From IMG/VR virus record IMGVR_UViG_3300017780_003486: a stretch of DNA of 20,000 bases. One strand, given 5' to 3'. Source of the DNA: an uncultured virus (IMG/VR IMGVR_UViG_3300017780_003486) (lineage: Duplodnaviria > Heunggongvirae > Uroviricota > Caudoviricetes). This document shows positions 1 to 8,304 of this stretch, piece after piece. The position numbers and the translations under genes were made by a program. The notes under the pieces are model-generated. The model saw nothing but the letters and a program-made list of their open reading frames with translations, ran no database searches and was not told the origin of the DNA. Within the stretch, counting starts at the first letter, position 1; each line of letters opens with the position of its first letter.

Positions 1-686
1 TGATCCCAGAAGCCTCGGTTGACGCTCATCTTCCCCATGATCGCGTAGCGCGCCTTCATCCCGTGGAAGGATTTGAAGCCGAGTATCGACTCGTCGAGAA
101 AGCGGAACTGCATATAGGCGTCGAGAGGCGAGCGCGGTGTCGGAAGGCCGGAGAGAATACGGCGATAGTCGAAACGCGGCCCGAGTTCGTCAACGATGAA
201 CTTCGCCCGATCCGCGTCCGGTCCTTTGATCTTCGTCGACTCGTCGATGAGCCCATACGACTTCCGTTGATAGGCGAACTTCAGAGCGAGTTCGCGAGCC
301 CGGTCGACACCGGACATCGCTTCGACGTTCATAAGAAGAGCGCGCGGCCGGTTCGTCTCGTACATGAAGTCATCGAGTTCGCGAGCCCTCGTCTTCTTCC
401 CACGATCTGAGGCCGACCACGTGTAGGTGAGGAGCCTCCTTCGAAGATCGTCGGATAGATGATCATCGAAGGCCGTGTTCCACGTATGATAGACGCCAGC
501 CGGAGCGATACCAAAGAAGTCGTTAGCGTCTCCGTCGAGTTCGATCTGGCCGAAGTCGGCGAGCGAGAGCGGCGTCTTCCCGGTTCTCATCGCCATGAGG
601 AGAGCGAAGGACGCTCTACCTCTCATCTTCTTGAGTCCTTCCTTCTGGTGAGACCAGAGCGGGACCTTCGGAACATAAACCGCCAT
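1..686 (-). CDS. SNF2-family (SF2) phage DNA helicase, N-terminal part (runs off window start)
   Basis: Not in the ORF track; translated by hand from ATG at 686 (RBS-like AAAGGGG): MAVYVPKVPLWSHQKEGLKKMRGRASFALLMAMRTGKT...IAPAGVYHTW...LIDESTKIK...RRILSGLPTPRSPLDAYMQFRFLD. Contains the Q motif, Walker A (TGKT), motif Ia, motif II (DES) and motif III (SGxP). Confidence 0.9.
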   Translation of the reverse strand, partial: MAVYVPKVPLWSHQKEGLKKMRGRASFALLMAMRTGKTPLSLADFGQIELDGDANDFFGIAPAGVYHTWNTAFDDHLSDDLRRRLLTYTWSASDRGKKTRARELDDFMYETNRPRALLMNVEAMSGVDRARELALKFAYQRKSYGLIDESTKIKGPDADRAKFIVDELGPRFDYRRILSGLPTPRSPLDAYMQFRFLDESILGFKSFHGMKARYAIMGKMSVNRGFWD

Positions 687-687
687 A

Positions 688-1056
688 TCAGAGTCCCCTT
701 TCTTCGTCGTGACGCTCAAGCTCTTCTATGGCCGCGTCGTTGGCGCGCTTTCTACAGGGCCGGCAGACGAGATAAATCGGACCTCGTACTCCCTCTTCAT
801 AATCGCGGGTCTCGCAAAGATCGTCGAACGGGAGATTACACCAGTCGCAGTTTCCCTTCCGTCCTTCGAGTCGTGCTTCGCGTTCCGCCGCAAGGCATTC
901 GGAGCAGAGGTCGTTCAGCTCGGCTCCCATCGAGTCCGTCTCTCCCTGAACGCGAGCGACGGCCGGTCTATCCGGGTGAATGTCGCAGGTCGCGCCTTCG
1001 GGGAGATTATGTCGATGTCCCGGCATCGTACTCGTCGGGCCTATTACGTCGGCCAT
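688..1056 (-). CDS. Cys-rich putative zinc-finger protein
   Basis: 122 aa with CDIH, CSEC, CDWC and CRPC pairs; RBS AAGGA; tightly packed with its neighbours. Confidence 0.75.
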   Translation of the reverse strand: MADVIGPTSTMPGHRHNLPEGATCDIHPDRPAVARVQGETDSMGAELNDLCSECLAAEREARLEGRKGNCDWCNLPFDDLCETRDYEEGVRGPIYLVCRPCRKRANDAAIEELERHDEERGL

Positions 1057-1057
1057 G

Positions 1058-1282
1058 TCAGTTATCCTTCCTATCGATCTCGATCACTTCCTCGGCTTCC
1101 TCGTTGAGACGAAGTTCGAGCGCGTCGGCGATGAGTTCGTTTGCGCTCTCTTCTTCGATGTTCGCGATTGTTGCTATATGGGTATCCGCTTGAACGATCA
1201 ATACCCAATCGCTCCCTTTCACGTGGGCCTCGATGATCCTCGTCAGCTCGACGATCTCGTCGTGGGTCAATCCGATGCTCAT
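1058..1282 (-). CDS. hypothetical acidic protein
   Basis: 74 aa; ATGA overlap with the upstream gene; GGAGG RBS. Confidence 0.7.
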   Translation of the reverse strand: MSIGLTHDEIVELTRIIEAHVKGSDWVLIVQADTHIATIANIEEESANELIADALELRLNEEAEEVIEIDRKDN

Positions 1283-1584
1283 CCGATACGATCCTCCAAC
1301 CAGAATTGCGTCGGAACGGGACCGGCCCTTTCCGACTTCCGAAGAACGAACGGCTCGCCGTTCTCGTCGATCTTACGGGAGAGCGACCGCATAGTCCCCA
1401 TGATCGACTGTCTCGCGTGGAACGGAGGAGCTTCCCCGTAGACCTTCGCGATAAGCTGAACCGACGATAGGCGACGATCCGTTTCGGCCTTTAGCGCGTC
1501 GAGTGCCTTAGCCTCTCCCGGCGAGTACGGGATGACCGGGGCCTTCGTCTTCGTCGCCGTCTTCTTCTTAGCTGCGGTCGGCAT
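1279..1584 (-). CDS. putative winged-helix-like DNA-binding protein (paralog of 18073-18354)
   Basis: 101 aa; AAGGAG RBS; shares PYS..E...L...R.L..K...N.EPF...K..R.GP....WLE with the 18073-18354 product. The fold is inferred. Confidence 0.7.
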   Translation of the reverse strand: MPTAAKKKTATKTKAPVIPYSPGEAKALDALKAETDRRLSSVQLIAKVYGEAPPFHARQSIMGTMRSLSRKIDENGEPFVLRKSERAGPVPTQFWLEDRIG

Positions 1585-1843
1585 TGCCGTTCTCCTTCGA
1601 TGAAAGGATTTCGATTGCGCGCGCCTTACGACGCCTGAACTCGAACTGCTCGGGGGTCGGGATGTCGTTCGCTAGACATACCGCGATCCCTTCTTCCGTG
1701 ACCGTCGTCGATCCGTCTTCGTTCTCGACGATGAAGCCGCCAACGCGAAGCCTCGTCGCGACCTCGCGGAACTTCGATAGATCGGCCTTCGGGTTTTCCG
1801 AAACGACGGCGAGTGTCTTTAGCATCGCGTCTGCCATACTCAT
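1568..1843 (-). CDS. hypothetical protein
   Basis: 91 aa; AAGGAG RBS; ATGA overlap with the upstream gene. Confidence 0.7.
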   Translation of the reverse strand: MSMADAMLKTLAVVSENPKADLSKFREVATRLRVGGFIVENEDGSTTVTEEGIAVCLANDIPTPEQFEFRRRKARAIEILSSKENGNADRS

Positions 1844-3099
1844 AGCGCGTTCTCCTTCTTCCTAGCGGTTATCCGTACTTCTCTCGTCGCCCAGCCTAGC
1901 GACTCGTCGCCGCGAAGGTGGTTCTTGATCTTCGTCGAGAAACTACCGCACGTCTCGCACGTCCGGTGATCGAGGTCTTCGGAATAAGTCCACCGATGGA
2001 TGCACATCGGTCCTACGTCGGTGAGGTAAGTACGCCAGTGCGATTGGACCTCGTGACGTTTCTTCCTCCCGCCGCCAGCGATCTTCCTCGCGACGTAGCG
2101 AACGCGGCTCTTGACCCTTGGGAGGTTCAGCGTCACGACGTGCTTTTCGAAGCCCGGCCTCCCGGTCCCGTTTGCCGAACGTATCCGGGAACCGGTCGCG
2201 GTTCGCGGTTCGCTTACGACGATAGGGACCTCCGAGAGCATACAGAGGACGGTCGAAATCCAGCGCGTCATCCCGGCGTTCTCCGCAACGTCGGTCGCGA
2301 ACTGATCGAGGATACTATCGCGACTAACGCCCCGAACTCCGGGAGCCTCGTTTACCTTGACCATCAGTCTTCGGAACGCATCGCTATAGGCGATAGCCGC
2401 GTGCCTCGTAAGATAAGACGGGACGGAGTACGAGAGGCCGACGAAGTCTTTCGGACCGCTAAAGCCTCTCGGTCCGTTGCCGCGAACGTATCCCCAGACG
2501 CTTGCGGAGAGGTCTTCGGCCGATAGCCCTTCCTTTCCGGTAACGTCTACTTGCCCGCCGTGGGTCATACGCCACGACTCGATACCGCCGATCACCGACC
2601 GGTTGATATCGCCCTGTCCATCGGCGTCGAAGACAATCGCCATCGGGTGGACGACATATAGCGTCGTGTCGATCCCGCGAGAGTTCCTGATCTCGGCCTG
2701 TCCGATGAGCTGAATAGAGAAGGCGTTCGCGTTCTTCCTATCGCGGACTAGGAGGAGCGCGGCGATATCCCGAACGCGATCCGATACGGGACGATCCGGG
2801 GCCTCGCTCATCGCTATGGAAGCGGCGACCTTCACCCTCGGGTTATACTCCATCCATACGACGTCATACGGAAGGATCGTTCCTTGGACGCGAGCGAGAG
2901 CGTCTTCCGGAGTAACGACGGAGGCGCGAGCCGAGAGCTCAACGAAGTCGTCGTCGAGACGGAACTTCTTCGCCTTCATCATCAGGACCCGGTACTCGGC
3001 CATCGAGGCTTCGAGCGTCTTCTTCGTCGACCCGGTTACGTCGAGTGCTTTCGCGAAGCCGTATGTCGATGAGACGAAGCGTTCTGCTAGGTCTTCCAT
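1840..3099 (-). CDS. hypothetical phage protein with C-terminal HxVxxHWR...CxH...CxxC...HxRG motif
   Basis: 419-aa ORF; the basic C-terminal HEVQSHWR/HLRGD motif is familiar from uncharacterised phage proteins; possible Zn ribbon insert. Confidence 0.75.
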   Translation of the reverse strand: MEDLAERFVSSTYGFAKALDVTGSTKKTLEASMAEYRVLMMKAKKFRLDDDFVELSARASVVTPEDALARVQGTILPYDVVWMEYNPRVKVAASIAMSEAPDRPVSDRVRDIAALLLVRDRKNANAFSIQLIGQAEIRNSRGIDTTLYVVHPMAIVFDADGQGDINRSVIGGIESWRMTHGGQVDVTGKEGLSAEDLSASVWGYVRGNGPRGFSGPKDFVGLSYSVPSYLTRHAAIAYSDAFRRLMVKVNEAPGVRGVSRDSILDQFATDVAENAGMTRWISTVLCMLSEVPIVVSEPRTATGSRIRSANGTGRPGFEKHVVTLNLPRVKSRVRYVARKIAGGGRKKRHEVQSHWRTYLTDVGPMCIHRWTYSEDLDHRTCETCGSFSTKIKNHLRGDESLGWATREVRITARKKENAL

Positions 3100-3512
3100 A
3101 TCACTCTTCCCTCCTTATACAGATGCGGCTTCTCCGCGATCCTCGCGGCGATACGCTTTCGAACGATCTCCTCTGCGGAAACCGTCTCCTTCCAGTCACC
3201 GAAGAAGCGTGGCGGGATACGACCGCCGAAGCCGGGATCGCGGCTTTCGTCCGGTTGGTATCCGCGCCTGATCATCTCGCGCTGAAGCGCGGCATACCTC
3301 CGCTGGAGATAACGGAGCTTGTCGAAGAAGAAGAGGACGTGCCCCTTCCCTAGCGTGAAGGTCTTCGGTATCCGCGCGACGACCTCGGCCGGAGTAGCCG
3401 TTCGAAGAGAACGTCGAAGCGCGGCGGGAACCATCGGGAGTTCCCGGTACTCCGCTATCAGATGTCTTCGATGAAGACGCTTCGGATGGATGCCGGCGTT
3501 GATCCGCGTCAT
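3087..3512 (-). CDS. denV: pyrimidine dimer DNA glycosylase / endonuclease V (T4 DenV-like)
   Basis: MTRIN N-terminus (catalytic Thr2), HLIAEYRELP (catalytic Glu) and FTLGKGHVLFFFDKLRYLQRRY..L..EM..RGY all match T4 endonuclease V motifs; AGGAG RBS. Confidence 0.93.
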   Translation of the reverse strand: MTRINAGIHPKRLHRRHLIAEYRELPMVPAALRRSLRTATPAEVVARIPKTFTLGKGHVLFFFDKLRYLQRRYAALQREMIRRGYQPDESRDPGFGGRIPPRFFGDWKETVSAEEIVRKRIAARIAEKPHLYKEGRVIWKT

Positions 3513-3731
3513 CTAACTCCTCCCGATGATAACCGTGTTGATCCGAGCCTTCGGATCGATGAGGCACTTCTCCTGATCGACATCGAAGAGCCCGACGAGT
3601 TCGTGACCGGAGTTCGCCCCGGTCTTAACCCAGAAGTCGCCCCTCATATAGAAGGCTTCTCCGATTTTGATTTCCTCGAACCTCCCGGAGCGATGAGGTT
3701 CGAGCGTCATTCTAGAAACGTCTTGCGCCAT
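3513..3731 (-). CDS. hypothetical protein
   Basis: 72 aa; abuts both neighbours in a tightly packed operon. Confidence 0.6.
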   Translation of the reverse strand: MAQDVSRMTLEPHRSGRFEEIKIGEAFYMRGDFWVKTGANSGHELVGLFDVDQEKCLIDPKARINTVIIGRS

Positions 3732-3734
3732 CGG

Positions 3735-3947
3735 TCAGGTCCCCCACAGCGAGAACAGGTCAGCCATAGCCTCTTCGGCCGACTGCCCAACGATAGGAGC
3801 GTTCTGCTCCGTAACGCGAAAAACAGAAGGAAGGTTCAGAATGAACGCGCCGCGATCCTCTTTCGATAGCAAGTAGAATGTCGTCAACTCCACGCCGCTA
3901 TCGGCCTTTCGAATTGTTACGGGATACAGGTTTCGCTCTTGTGTCAT
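3735..3947 (-). CDS. hypothetical protein
   Basis: 70 aa; GGAG RBS; packed operon. Confidence 0.65.
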   Translation of the reverse strand: MTQERNLYPVTIRKADSGVELTTFYLLSKEDRGAFILNLPSVFRVTEQNAPIVGQSAEEAMADLFSLWGT

Positions 3948-3950
3948 CGG

Positions 3951-4163
3951 TCAGGCTCCGTTCTTCCGTTCGCGCTGGATCGCGCCGACGTATGGGACGA
4001 GGAGCCTATCGACTTCCTCGCCAAGCGAGGTCGCATCGGAATATAGGACTCGAAGAAGCGCTTCCTTCCGTATCCCTTCCGGTTGACTCCTTTCGACGAT
4101 GAGGATAGCCGACGCGAGTTTATCTGATTGGATAACGAGTTCCGTGATTGGATGAAACTTCAT
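3951..4163 (-). CDS. hypothetical protein
   Basis: Start reassigned to ATG 4163 (MKFHPITELV...), which follows GAAAGGAAAG; 70 aa. Confidence 0.65.
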   Translation of the reverse strand: MKFHPITELVIQSDKLASAILIVERSQPEGIRKEALLRVLYSDATSLGEEVDRLLVPYVGAIQRERKNGA

Positions 4164-4224
4164 ACGCTTTCCTTTCCCTGCGGGTGATCGGTACTCGACC
4201 ACCCGCGCTTCTAGAGTTCGACGA

Positions 4225-5358
4225 TCAGGCGGCCTTCTTAACGTCGAGCGCGGTCGCTTCGAGGACCTGCTTCCAGTCGGCCTTGCCCCAGTTCATCATC
4301 TGACCACCGGCTTCCTCGAACTCGACCGCGCGGTCGTAGTTCTTCGCCGTATGAGCCTGATGCGTAACGGCGTTCAGGAGACCCCAAGCGGAGAGGTCAC
4401 CGCCTTCGATCAGCGACTTGAGGATGCCGGACGACTCTTCGTCCGACACGCCGACCTTCTGCGAGAGAACGACGACGGCGGCCTGCGGGTCCTTCTCGAC
4501 CTTGATGCCGGTCAGCGTCTGAGCGTGTTCGATCTGCTTCCGGAAGCGGTTCTCGTCGACCGCCGACTTGACCATGTCGCGGACCTTCGAGAGAACGAGC
4601 TTGTCGTCGAGCTTCCGGGTCGAGTCCGACCAGAGGTCTTCGTTGTCGTCGATCTTCCGGCCGACGTGGTTCGCGCGGAAGCGATCCATACCCTTCATCC
4701 CGTTGAGGCAGATCAGGCGCCAGATCACCGACGAGACCGAGACCGAGCCGCAGCCGACTTCGGAGTTCGTGATCAGGACACCGGCCTGAACCACGTCGCC
4801 CTTCTTGATCTCGCCCTCGATAGCGGGCGTGACGGCTTGGATGTACATCCGCTTGTCCGTGACCTCGCACGAAACGATCTTGACGTTCGGAAGCTCCGCG
4901 AGGATCGGAAGCGCAACGTCGGCGATCTCGTGGTTATCGATCCGGCTATAGCGGTTCGAGAGGAAGCCGCGAGCGTTCCCGTGGAGAGTGCGGAGCATCC
5001 GCTTGTCGGCCTCGCGTTCGAGGTCGTGCTTGAGCCACGAGTTGACGTTCATCGCCAACAGGTCGGGTTGCTTCTCCAACATCCGGTCGTAATACTTCGC
5101 CGGGATGCCGACGTAGGTTCCGAGCTGATTGTGGACGAGATCGAGCATCGGGAAGCGCTCGGCCTCCCGCGTTCCGTAGAGTTCGAGAACCGGCCGACGC
5201 TTCTTGATCGGCGTCTTCGCGTTACCGATGGGCGGCTCTTCATAGTCGTCGATCTGCATAGCGAGGCCCTTGCGGGTCTCGACGATGAAATCCTTCCGGG
5301 CATCGCGGTTGAACTCGATCTTGCGCGCGAAGTCGGCGAGGCTAATTCCCTTTTGCAT
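4225..5358 (-). CDS. DUF932/DUF945-like phage protein
   Basis: 377 aa; RGFLSNRYSRIDN, ITNSEVGCGSVSV, IWRLICLNGM and SAWGLLNAVT motifs are typical of the DUF932 family; AGGAG RBS. Confidence 0.8.
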   Translation of the reverse strand: MQKGISLADFARKIEFNRDARKDFIVETRKGLAMQIDDYEEPPIGNAKTPIKKRRPVLELYGTREAERFPMLDLVHNQLGTYVGIPAKYYDRMLEKQPDLLAMNVNSWLKHDLEREADKRMLRTLHGNARGFLSNRYSRIDNHEIADVALPILAELPNVKIVSCEVTDKRMYIQAVTPAIEGEIKKGDVVQAGVLITNSEVGCGSVSVSSVIWRLICLNGMKGMDRFRANHVGRKIDDNEDLWSDSTRKLDDKLVLSKVRDMVKSAVDENRFRKQIEHAQTLTGIKVEKDPQAAVVVLSQKVGVSDEESSGILKSLIEGGDLSAWGLLNAVTHQAHTAKNYDRAVEFEEAGGQMMNWGKADWKQVLEATALDVKKAA

Positions 5359-5380
5359 TTCGTTCTCCTGCTCTTCCTAT

Positions 5381-5442
5381 GGCCTATCTCGTCAGCGCCG
5401 GGTGGCCGTATCCGGCGGACGCTCCCGGAGGAGCGTTTCGAT
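5381..5442 (-). ncRNA. type II hammerhead ribozyme with loop I/3'-tail pseudoknot
   Basis: Sense RNA: AUC-GAAA-CGCUCC(UCCG)GGAGCG-UC^-CGCCGG(AUACGGCCAC)CCGGCG-CUGACGA-GAU-AGGCC. The core is intact (CUGANGA, GAAA, GUC triplet, G10.1-C11.1) and stems I-III all pair. Predicted cleavage is between 5418 and 5417. Confidence 0.9.
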
Positions 5443-5804
5443 TATCCTTCTTCGTCGCTCGGGAGCGGTTCGATCCGCTTCCAAGCCTGATCGGGACCGC
5501 GCGGCGATCCGATATCGGCGATGCGCTTCTCCGATAGAAGCTCGCGAATGAGGTCCCACTGGTCTCGATGGACCTCCATACCGTCACAAGCCGAAGCGAC
5601 TTGGACGATGATCCGTTTCTCGACTTCCTTCTTCGCCATATCGATATCGTTGAAGAAAGCCGGTTCCTTCTTCGAAGACCAAACGCGGTCTTCGTTCTCT
5701 TCGAGAGTGAACCGATACGGACCGACCGGAGTTCGAATGATCCTCCAGTATATCCGGCCGAAGATTTCGGATCGGTACGCCTTGACGACGCCAGCGTCGT
5801 TCAT
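5442..5804 (-). CDS. hypothetical protein
   Basis: 120 aa; GGAGG RBS; ATGA overlap; its TAA stop overlaps hammerhead stem II. Confidence 0.7.
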   Translation of the reverse strand: MNDAGVVKAYRSEIFGRIYWRIIRTPVGPYRFTLEENEDRVWSSKKEPAFFNDIDMAKKEVEKRIIVQVASACDGMEVHRDQWDLIRELLSEKRIADIGSPRGPDQAWKRIEPLPSDEEG

Positions 5805-6052
5805 TCAACCCTCCATCCGAACGTCTTCCATCCCGCTTGATGCGGAGTCCACTCGCGGACCGAAGACGCCGATACGAGCTTGACGTATCGGCGCTCTGGT
5901 CCGTATTCGTTCAGCTTCGACGCCTCTTCGATATTCGCCGGGTAAGCCCGGTCGTGAGAGAGCATATCGAAAGGGAACGTGCCGGCTCCGCTCACTACGA
6001 ACTCGTAGCGAACGGCCGGGACCGATAGCCGGTCAAGTCTTCGGAGGTTCAT
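5801..6052 (-). CDS. hypothetical phage protein (FxVxGxGxFPxDML motif)
   Basis: Start reassigned to ATG 6052 (ATGA overlap, GAGG RBS); 83 aa. Confidence 0.65.
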   Translation of the reverse strand: MNLRRLDRLSVPAVRYEFVVSGAGTFPFDMLSHDRAYPANIEEASKLNEYGPERRYVKLVSASSVREWTPHQAGWKTFGWRVE

Positions 6053-6312
6053 TGGTGCTGATACCTCTTCCGTTCGATGGACGGCCAATGCCGCTGGGCT
6101 TCTTCGTACTTCAGTTTCGAGCCCCGGAGCGATACGGCTACAGCAGCGCTGCCAACCTCCTCTCCATCTTCGTGGTCGACTATCCCTTGATAGGCAACCT
6201 GAGTATTCGTCCCATCGTCTTCGACGAGAACGGCTAGGAGTATCCGCCGCTTCGATCCCCTACCGAGATAGGGGACCGTGGGGCTATGGATACCGATGAT
6301 CTTGCGGCTCAC
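6049..6312 (-). CDS. hypothetical protein
   Basis: 87 aa; GTGA overlap with the upstream gene. Confidence 0.6.
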   Translation of the reverse strand: MSRKIIGIHSPTVPYLGRGSKRRILLAVLVEDDGTNTQVAYQGIVDHEDGEEVGSAAVAVSLRGSKLKYEEAQRHWPSIERKRYQHQ

Positions 6313-7397
6313 TTCTTGGCCGCCTTCTTCTTCGCCGCTACCTTCTTCGGAGCGGCCTTCGGAGCGGCCTTCGGAGCGGCCTTCTTTGGGGCCGCCTTCG
6401 GGCTCGCCTTCGGACTCGCCTTCTTCGCCGCTACCTTCTTCGGTGTCGCCTTCGGACTCGCCTTCTTCGGTTCGGCCTTCTTGATGCCGACGTTCGTCAC
6501 GATCTGCGGTCGCGGCGTCTTCTTCTCCGGCTCCGTCTTCGTCGCGGCCGGAGGAGTAGCAGCCGGGGCGGCCTTCTCCGGGAGACCGTCGCGGAGCGTA
6601 AAGGCGTGTCCCTTCAGGGTCGCCTTCCCATCCTTGATGAGAAGAGCGCGAAGCGCCTTACGTTCGGAGTCCGCGATGCCGAGAGCCTTCAGCGCGGTCT
6701 TGATCGTCCCGTAAGACTTCCCGCCGACCGTCACGGCGATGCTCCCGGAAATCCCACCGCCTTCCTTCTTCGCTCGCGGCGTCGTCTCGCCGTTCGCTCG
6801 CGCGGTCTTATTCGCCTCGCGCTCGGCTTTCCTCTTCGCCTTCGCGTCTCGTTTCGCTTGTCTCTCGCGCTCGCGAACAACCTGCGCCGCCTTCTTCCGG
6901 ACCTCGGCCGACTCGGGAGCCGCCTTCTTCCTGACCTCGATGGTCTCGGCGGTCACGATCGTGATGCTCGCGTCGGCGATCTGCCCGCTAAGGACGTAGA
7001 GTTCGGGCGTGTACCAGTCGTTGAACGCTTCGAGGTTATCGAATAACTGCGACCTCGTACCGGCTTCGGTAACGAGATTGACTTGGACTGGCTTCATCGG
7101 GTCCTGCGGCGTGATCTTATCGATAGGCATTTGAAACTCCTTCGCTTTCGGCATAATCCATTCGCGCTCGGTATTGAGCAGACGCTTCAGTTCTTCGGGG
7201 CTCTTCTTCGGTCTGTTCGACCGGAGGAACTTCGGTATGACCCAGACGCAATCCGGGTGATGGTAGGAACCGGCCGGGGCTCCGCACTCTTCGCAAGCCC
7301 TGAGGCCAACGGGAGTATCGGACAAAGTCGGTTCGGAAGCGACGACCGGAGCCGCCGTCTTCTTAGGTGTCGATGACGATTTCTTCTTGGCGACCAT
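6309..7397 (-). CDS. Lys/Ala/Pro-rich histone H1-like protein with N-terminal Zn-finger-like motif and small HTH-like domain
   Basis: C-terminal PKKAAPKA-type repeats; CEEC...HHPDC; VTVGGKSYGTIKTALKALGI segment. Start at 7397 (GGAG RBS) or 7412. Confidence 0.75.
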   Translation of the reverse strand: MVAKKKSSSTPKKTAAPVVASEPTLSDTPVGLRACEECGAPAGSYHHPDCVWVIPKFLRSNRPKKSPEELKRLLNTEREWIMPKAKEFQMPIDKITPQDPMKPVQVNLVTEAGTRSQLFDNLEAFNDWYTPELYVLSGQIADASITIVTAETIEVRKKAAPESAEVRKKAAQVVRERERQAKRDAKAKRKAEREANKTARANGETTPRAKKEGGGISGSIAVTVGGKSYGTIKTALKALGIADSERKALRALLIKDGKATLKGHAFTLRDGLPEKAAPAATPPAATKTEPEKKTPRPQIVTNVGIKKAEPKKASPKATPKKVAAKKASPKASPKAAPKKAAPKAAPKAAPKKVAAKKKAAKK

Positions 7398-7467
7398 CGG
7401 AGGACTCTCCATCGGTGAAGGAAGACGAGACGAGAAGGACGATGAGGACGGCGACGATCCACCGCAT
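7363..7467 (-). CDS. small membrane or signal-peptide-bearing protein (34 aa)
   Basis: Below the ORF-track cutoff; ATG directly follows the upstream TAG, with GAAAGGA RBS: MRWIVAVLIVLLVSSSFTDGESSDGRQEEIVIDT. Confidence 0.5.
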   Translation of the reverse strand: MRWIVAVLIVLLVSSSFTDGESSDGRQEEIVIDT

Positions 7468-7743
7468 CTATGCGATCCTTTCCGGGTACGCCTCGGGGAA
7501 CGAGGTCATCAGTTGGATGGCCGCCTCGTCGGCGATCTGGATGGCCATATTCCTCCGAAGACGAAGACGAATGTAGTCGTCGTCCGTCAGGAGGTTCTCA
7601 AGAGCCCGAGCCTCTTCCTCGCGCTTTTCTTCGCGAAGCTGGATCGCCTTCCGTCCGATCTCGAAGCGAACGCCGTGACTCGTGAGAGGACGGAGCCGCA
7701 TCTGCTTGCGGAGTTTTTCGACTTTCTTCTGTAGGGTATTCAT
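7468..7743 (-). CDS. hypothetical protein
   Basis: 91 aa; AGGAG RBS right after repeat A. Confidence 0.75.
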   Translation of the reverse strand: MNTLQKKVEKLRKQMRLRPLTSHGVRFEIGRKAIQLREEKREEEARALENLLTDDDYIRLRLRRNMAIQIADEAAIQLMTSFPEAYPERIA

Positions 7744-7756
7744 CTCTTCTCCTGCT

Positions 7757-7817
7757 CCAGCGAAAGCGCTGGCGGATCGAGCGGAGCCGAAGCGCCGCTC
7801 TCACCGTTAGGGCTTTC
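7757..7817 (-). repeat. structured intergenic element, copy A (variant GAAAGC/GCTTTC)
   Basis: Sense: GAAAGCCCTAACGGTGAGAGCGGCGC-TTCG-GCTCCGCTCGATCCGCCAGCGCTTTCGCTGG. Confidence 0.95.
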
Positions 7818-8227
7818 TAGTTCTTCGTATAGACCGCGAGGCGATAATAGATCGGGCTGATGCCTTCTACCTCTTCGGTGGTTCGGAAATGGCGCCTGAC
7901 CTGCGCCTTCGCGAGTTCTTCGGGAGTGAGGTCTTTGACCGCTTCCTCGGCTTCACGAATGAATGCCGGCGGCGGATGTCCATCGCCCTCTTCCCAGTAC
8001 GTCGCCAAGAACTTCGCGACGAGCAACCGAAGATCGCTCGGCGGTTCGATAACGAGTAGCGACGTGTCGAACCGTTGCGATGCGTGATTGGTCCCGGCCT
8101 CTCGTATATAACACGCCGTCTGGTTCCGTCCGGGAACGATGCGAACGATTTCCCAGAGCGTTTCTCCGACGCCTTTCCCGCCAGCGAGCTTGACGCGGAC
8201 CTTATCGCCTATCTTGAATTTCGTCAT
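7817..8227 (-). CDS. hypothetical protein (N-terminal SH3/KOW-like FKIGDKVRV motif)
   Basis: 136 aa; lies between repeats B and A; AGGAG RBS. Confidence 0.75.
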   Translation of the reverse strand: MTKFKIGDKVRVKLAGGKGVGETLWEIVRIVPGRNQTACYIREAGTNHASQRFDTSLLVIEPPSDLRLLVAKFLATYWEEGDGHPPPAFIREAEEAVKDLTPEELAKAQVRRHFRTTEEVEGISPIYYRLAVYTKN

Positions 8228-8243
8228 CGAGTTCTCTCCTATA

Positions 8244-8304
8244 CCAGCGGAAGCGCTGGCGGATCAAGCCCCGGATCATCGAGGCTCTCACCGTTAGAGC
8301 TTCC
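8244..8304 (-). repeat. structured intergenic element, copy B
   Basis: Sense: GGAAGCTCTAACGGTGA-GAGCCTCG-ATGATC-CGGGGCTT-GATCCGCCAGCGCTTCCGCTGG; two G-U pairs in the variable stem. Confidence 0.95.

Noticed and set aside
6315..6480. Tandem DNA repeats (GGCCTTCGGAGC-like) as a non-coding repeat locus
   Set aside because: They are explained by the PKAA/PKKA low-complexity tail of the H1-like protein.
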